DNA of 39,360 bases. It comes from an uncultured bacterium. Lineage in GTDB: Bacteria > Patescibacteriota > Minisyncoccia > Phycocordibacterales > GWA1-40-21. How positions within the stretch are numbered: the stretch's first letter is position 1; the number at the start of each line of letters is the position of its first letter. Where the stretch lies: NCBI GenBank assembly GCA_903831305.1, contig CAIKXE010000007.1, positions 1 to 39,360 on the forward strand, written 5' to 3'. Under the pieces are notes generated by a model. The model did no database searches. It was not told where the DNA came from and worked only from the letters and a program-made list of their open reading frames with translations. A program made the translations under genes and the position numbers. Below, piece after piece: positions 35,576 to 39,360 of the stretch.

Positions 35576-37246
35576 ATGTCTACCCCAGTTGAAAAAATAA
35601 AAGAAAGATTAAACATTGTGGATCTTTTGGGTACCTACTTGAAGCTCGAGAAGGCCGGGAAGAATATGAAAGCACGGTGCCCATTTCACAATGAGAAAAC
35701 CCCTAGCTTTTTTGTCTCGCCAGACCGTGATTCCTATTATTGTTTTGGTTGTGGCAAGAAAGGAGATATCTTTACCTTTGTGCAAGAATTTGAAGGAGTG
35801 GATTTCTTTGGGGCGCTGAAAATGCTCGCCGAGCGCACCGGGGTGGTTCTTGAACGCGGGAACTTTGATAAGAAGGATGATAAGGAAGCAATATTTAATG
35901 CCCTAGAGGCCGCCACTCAATTCTTTGAATCAAATCTACCTAAATCAAGTAGTGCGCAAAAATATCTGGAAAAAAGGGGACTGACTGAGAAGACCATCAA
36001 GGACTGGCGCATTGGCTTTGTTTCCGATGATTGGCGAACACTCTATGATTATCTGAGTGCTAGAAAGTTTACCGATAGTGAGATAGAACAAGCCGGACTT
36101 ATTAAGAGAAATGAAACCAGGCAGGATAGTTTTTATGATCGTTTCCGTGGCCGGATTATGTTTCCGATCCGGGACTCCGTCGGCCGAGTGGTGGGTTTTT
36201 CTGGGCGGATTTTGCCAGAAAATGATGATGGTAAGTCAGCTAAATATTTAAACTCTCCAGAAACCGCGGTCTTTAATAAATCCCGCTTGCTTTATGGTTT
36301 TGATCTGGCCAAATTAGCGATTAAGAAGTTTGATTATGCGGTGATTGTGGAGGGGCAGATGGATATTATCATGTGTCATCAAGCTGGATTTCAAAATGTG
36401 GTGGCGACTTCTGGTACGGCTCTGACCCCGGAGCACCTCACTCTTTTACGCCGAATATCAAACCGGGTGATTATGGCTTTTGATGCCGATAAAGCCGGTT
36501 TTAATGCCGCCACCAAGGCCTGGCAGTTAGCCTTGTCACTTGGTATGGAGGTGAAGATTGCGGAATTTAAGGAAGGTAAGGATCCAGCCGAGGTGATCCT
36601 GGGGACGGAGGGTAAAGAAAAATTTAAGGAAGCGCTTAAAGAGTCCATGCATATTATTGATTTTTATTTATCCAAGATTTTGTCAGAAGGGCTAGATGAG
36701 AGAAAGTTGGGTAAAGAAATTCAGGAAAAGTTATTACCATTTCTGGCTTTGATAGAAAGTAGTATTGAAAAGTCCCATTGGGTAAAAAAGATTGCGGACA
36801 AGTGCCATATCAGTGAAGTGGCTATCTGGGAAGATTTAAAAAAAGTGAAAGTAGAAGCTAGCCCAACCGGGGCGGAGACCAAGAGTCCCGCTTTTCGGGA
36901 GACGGCGACCGTGGGCAAGATTGACTCCATTGAAAAAAGGATTTTAGGAATAATAAATTGGCAAGAAAAGGATTCAGAAAAGATTATTGATATTAAAATG
37001 ACTAAAGAAAGGGTTAAAGAGATAATCGGAGAGGAAGATTTTAAGAAGTGGCAGAGAGTGACGGAGCAAGTTTTAAATGAAGCCACCTTTGAGGCCGAGC
37101 AGTATTATGAGAAGAAAAAGTTACAAGGGGTGCTAGATGAGCTTCTCATGGAGCTCGAAAAGGAGTATATTACTAAGGAGCTTGCGAAGGCCAAGACGCC
37201 TCAAGAGCAAAATGATTTGATTAAAAGATTAGCTAAACTTAAATAA
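35576..37246 (+). CDS. dnaG: DNA primase
   Basis: [11 protein letters not shown]n finger, [19 protein letters not shown] and TOPRIM EGQMD/FDADKAG. Confidence 0.98.
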   Translation: MSTPVEKIKERLNIVDLLGTYLKLEKAGKNMKARCPFHNEKTPSFFVSPDRDSYYCFGCGKKGDIFTFVQEFEGVDFFGALKMLAERTGVVLERGNFDKKDDKEAIFNALEAATQFFESNLPKSSSAQKYLEKRGLTEKTIKDWRIGFVSDDWRTLYDYLSARKFTDSEIEQAGLIKRNETRQDSFYDRFRGRIMFPIRDSVGRVVGFSGRILPENDDGKSAKYLNSPETAVFNKSRLLYGFDLAKLAIKKFDYAVIVEGQMDIIMCHQAGFQNVVATSGTALTPEHLTLLRRISNRVIMAFDADKAGFNAATKAWQLALSLGMEVKIAEFKEGKDPAEVILGTEGKEKFKEALKESMHIIDFYLSKILSEGLDERKLGKEIQEKLLPFLALIESSIEKSHWVKKIADKCHISEVAIWEDLKKVKVEASPTGAETKSPAFRETATVGKIDSIEKRILGIINWQEKDSEKIIDIKMTKERVKEIIGEEDFKKWQRVTEQVLNEATFEAEQYYEKKKLQGVLDELLMELEKEYITKELAKAKTPQEQNDLIKRLAKLK

Positions 37247-37247
37247 T

Positions 37248-38462
37248 ATGGCCAAAAAAACAAATAAAAAAGCAGTGAAAAAAGCCAAAAAAATAGTAAA
37301 GAAGGTAATTAAAAAGGCTGTTAAAAAAGTGTCTGCTAAAAAATCTAAAACTAAATCTCGATCCAGAAATAGTAGTGATAAGAAGAAGGAGTTTGAGCTA
37401 AAGACTCTGAAGCTTTTAAATAAAGGGCGTGAACGCGGTTTCGTCACCTATGATGAGATTCTGAAGGAATTCCCTAATATTGAGATGGATGTGCTGTTTT
37501 TGGATGAGCTTTATAATCGGCTTTCTACCACGGGGGTGGATGTGCTTGAGGGTGGCGGAATGCTCAATATTGAAAAGGAAGAAGAATTGATAAAGAAGTA
37601 TGCTTATGGTGGACGCGGTGGGGATTCCTCATATGATTCTATCCAAATGTATTTGAAGGAGATCGGTCAGTATCCACTTATTTCCGCTAGCTCAGAAAAG
37701 GATTTGGCCCGTAAAATTCAACTAGGTGATGAGGAGGCCAAGAATTTGCTCGCCCGGGCTAACTTGCGTCTGGTGGTGTCCATTGCTAAAAAATATGTTG
37801 GCCGTAGTGCAGACTTGACCCTACTGGATTTGATCCAAGAAGGAAACCTGGGTTTGTTTAAAGCGGTGGAAAAATTTGACTGGACCAAGGGTTATAAATT
37901 TTCTACCTATGCTACCTGGTGGATCAGACAAGCTATTACCCGCGCCTTAGCGGATCAGAGCCGAACCATCCGTGTACCCGTGCATATGGTGGAGACGATT
38001 GCTAAATACAAGCAGTGCGTGCGCCGGTTGTCACAGGATTTGGGTCGTGAACCATTACCAGAGGAGATCGCTACCGAGATGGGGATTGAAATTGAAAAAG
38101 TATTTAATATTGAAAAGATTGATCAGGATACCGTGTCTCTAGAAACCCCGGTGGGTGATGATGGCGATGATGGCAAGAGCACCTTGGGTGACTTTGTGGC
38201 GGATGATAAAATCCTCTCACCAGATCAGGAGTCTTCACGCCGAATATTAAGTGATCAGGTGAAAGAGATCCTAGATGATTTGTCACTGAAAGAAAGAAAA
38301 ATTCTAGAAATGCGTCATGGATTGACAGATGGTGTCACTCACACCTTGGAAGAGGTGGGTAAAGAGTTTGGAGTTACTCGTGAGCGTATTCGTCAGATTG
38401 AGGCCAAGGCCCATGAGAAAATCCGCGTGCATCTAAAAATCAATCGTCTGCAAAATTACTAA
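37248..38462 (+). CDS. rpoD: Primary sigma factor with Lys-rich N-terminal extension
   Basis: [36 protein letters not shown] and TLEEVG...TRERIRQIE motifs. Confidence 0.97.
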   Translation: MAKKTNKKAVKKAKKIVKKVIKKAVKKVSAKKSKTKSRSRNSSDKKKEFELKTLKLLNKGRERGFVTYDEILKEFPNIEMDVLFLDELYNRLSTTGVDVLEGGGMLNIEKEEELIKKYAYGGRGGDSSYDSIQMYLKEIGQYPLISASSEKDLARKIQLGDEEAKNLLARANLRLVVSIAKKYVGRSADLTLLDLIQEGNLGLFKAVEKFDWTKGYKFSTYATWWIRQAITRALADQSRTIRVPVHMVETIAKYKQCVRRLSQDLGREPLPEEIATEMGIEIEKVFNIEKIDQDTVSLETPVGDDGDDGKSTLGDFVADDKILSPDQESSRRILSDQVKEILDDLSLKERKILEMRHGLTDGVTHTLEEVGKEFGVTRERIRQIEAKAHEKIRVHLKINRLQNY

Positions 38463-38479
38463 ATTAATAATTAATTCAC

Positions 38480-39360
38480 ATGTCTAGAGAAATTGTTATA
38501 AAAAATCCCAAGGAGGCCGAACTGATTGCCAGTTTGGAAAAGAGAATGGACATCAAAGCGGAGAGAATCAAACGCTTATTAAAGCTCCCTGATCTGACGA
38601 AGAAAGCTAATTCTCCGGTCAAATTTTTATTTGATGAAATATTAAATGTTCCTAGGCTTAAGAATTTTGATATTGTGGATTTTCCTAAAATTGTTACCGT
38701 GGCGGAGAACTTTGACCTCTTAAACGCCCCCAAGGATCACCCTAGTCGCCGAGAAACAGACACTTATTATTTAGATGAAAATTATATTTTACGCACGCAG
38801 ATGACTGTGATGTGGTCATACTATTTGAAGGATAAAGAAGTGCTGGCGAGACTAGAAAAAGATGGTGAAGTAATGGCGTTGTCAAAAGGAATTGTTTTTC
38901 GTAAAGATGAAATAGACCGTCACCATTTTCCTGCTTTTCATCAAATTGATGGTCTATATCTTTGTAAAAAGTCTAAGAAAATTATTACCTTGGAGGACTT
39001 GGAAGCTGTGCAGATAGATATGGCTAAAAGTGTTTTGGGTGATAAGATCGAATATAAATTCCTGGTGGACTCGTTTCCTTTTACTACCCCGTCTGTTGAA
39101 ATGGATGTGATGTTTAACGGTGACTGGATGGAGGTCAATGGTGCTGGTCTGGTGCACCCACAAGTGCTTAAAAACTTTGGTTTGGATCCAGAAGTCTACA
39201 ATGGTTGGGCCTTTGGCTTTGGTGATAGACTTGCCATGATTAAGATGGAGATACCAGATATCCGTATCTTGTGGTCTGATGATCCGCGTATCACCAGTCA
39301 GTTTAAGGATATTAATTGTAAGTATAAAGATGTTAGTAAGTATCCGGAAACTACCAGAGA
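38480..39360 (+). CDS. pheS: Phenylalanine--tRNA ligase catalytic domain, 3'-truncated; appears to continue into a fused anticodon-binding domain
   Basis: Own translation from ATG 38480 is open to the window end: NFDLLNAPKDHPSRRETDTYY, FRKDEIDRHHFPAFHQIDG, FPFTTPS, GWAFGFG, IPDIRILWSDDPRITSQF...VSKYP. Confidence 0.92.
   Translation, partial: MSREIVIKNPKEAELIASLEKRMDIKAERIKRLLKLPDLTKKANSPVKFLFDEILNVPRLKNFDIVDFPKIVTVAENFDLLNAPKDHPSRRETDTYYLDENYILRTQMTVMWSYYLKDKEVLARLEKDGEVMALSKGIVFRKDEIDRHHFPAFHQIDGLYLCKKSKKIITLEDLEAVQIDMAKSVLGDKIEYKFLVDSFPFTTPSVEMDVMFNGDWMEVNGAGLVHPQVLKNFGLDPEVYNGWAFGFGDRLAMIKMEIPDIRILWSDDPRITSQFKDINCKYKDVSKYPETTR

Overview
Bacterial chromosomal window. The compact housekeeping genes, AT-rich leaders mostly without Shine-Dalgarno motifs and reduced dcw/mre clusters fit a Patescibacteria (CPR, Parcubacteria-like) genome; this is an inference. 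Bases 1-2744 hold a diversity-generating retroelement (DGR): a 5'-truncated target gene whose last 133 bp (VR, 759-891) differ from a template repeat (TR, 1189-1321) at 13 positions, every one a TR adenine, plus an Avd-like gene and a DGR-type reverse transcriptase. Its layout is atypical. avd is inverted between TR and RT and overlaps the RT start head-to-head. A C10 tract leaves the nearest ATG one base out of frame with avd. TR has its own promoter and a ~210-nt structured leader. Next come a small protein/aspartyl protease pair, a SAM riboswitch with metK, a helical-repeat kinase-like protein and mraZ-rsmH-ftsL-ftsI-murF. A tRNA-Glu anchors an array of 191-bp repeats, a GIY-YIG nuclease and orphan gene cassettes. 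The rest is largely core genes (rmuC, holB-like, frr, rseP, proS, mreBC, uvrA, uvrC, ddl, cold-shock protein, rpoB, rpoC, dnaG, rpoD) and a truncated PheRS that looks like the single-chain mitochondrial type. Self-contained small orphan genes and palindromic elements are scattered between and inside core genes.
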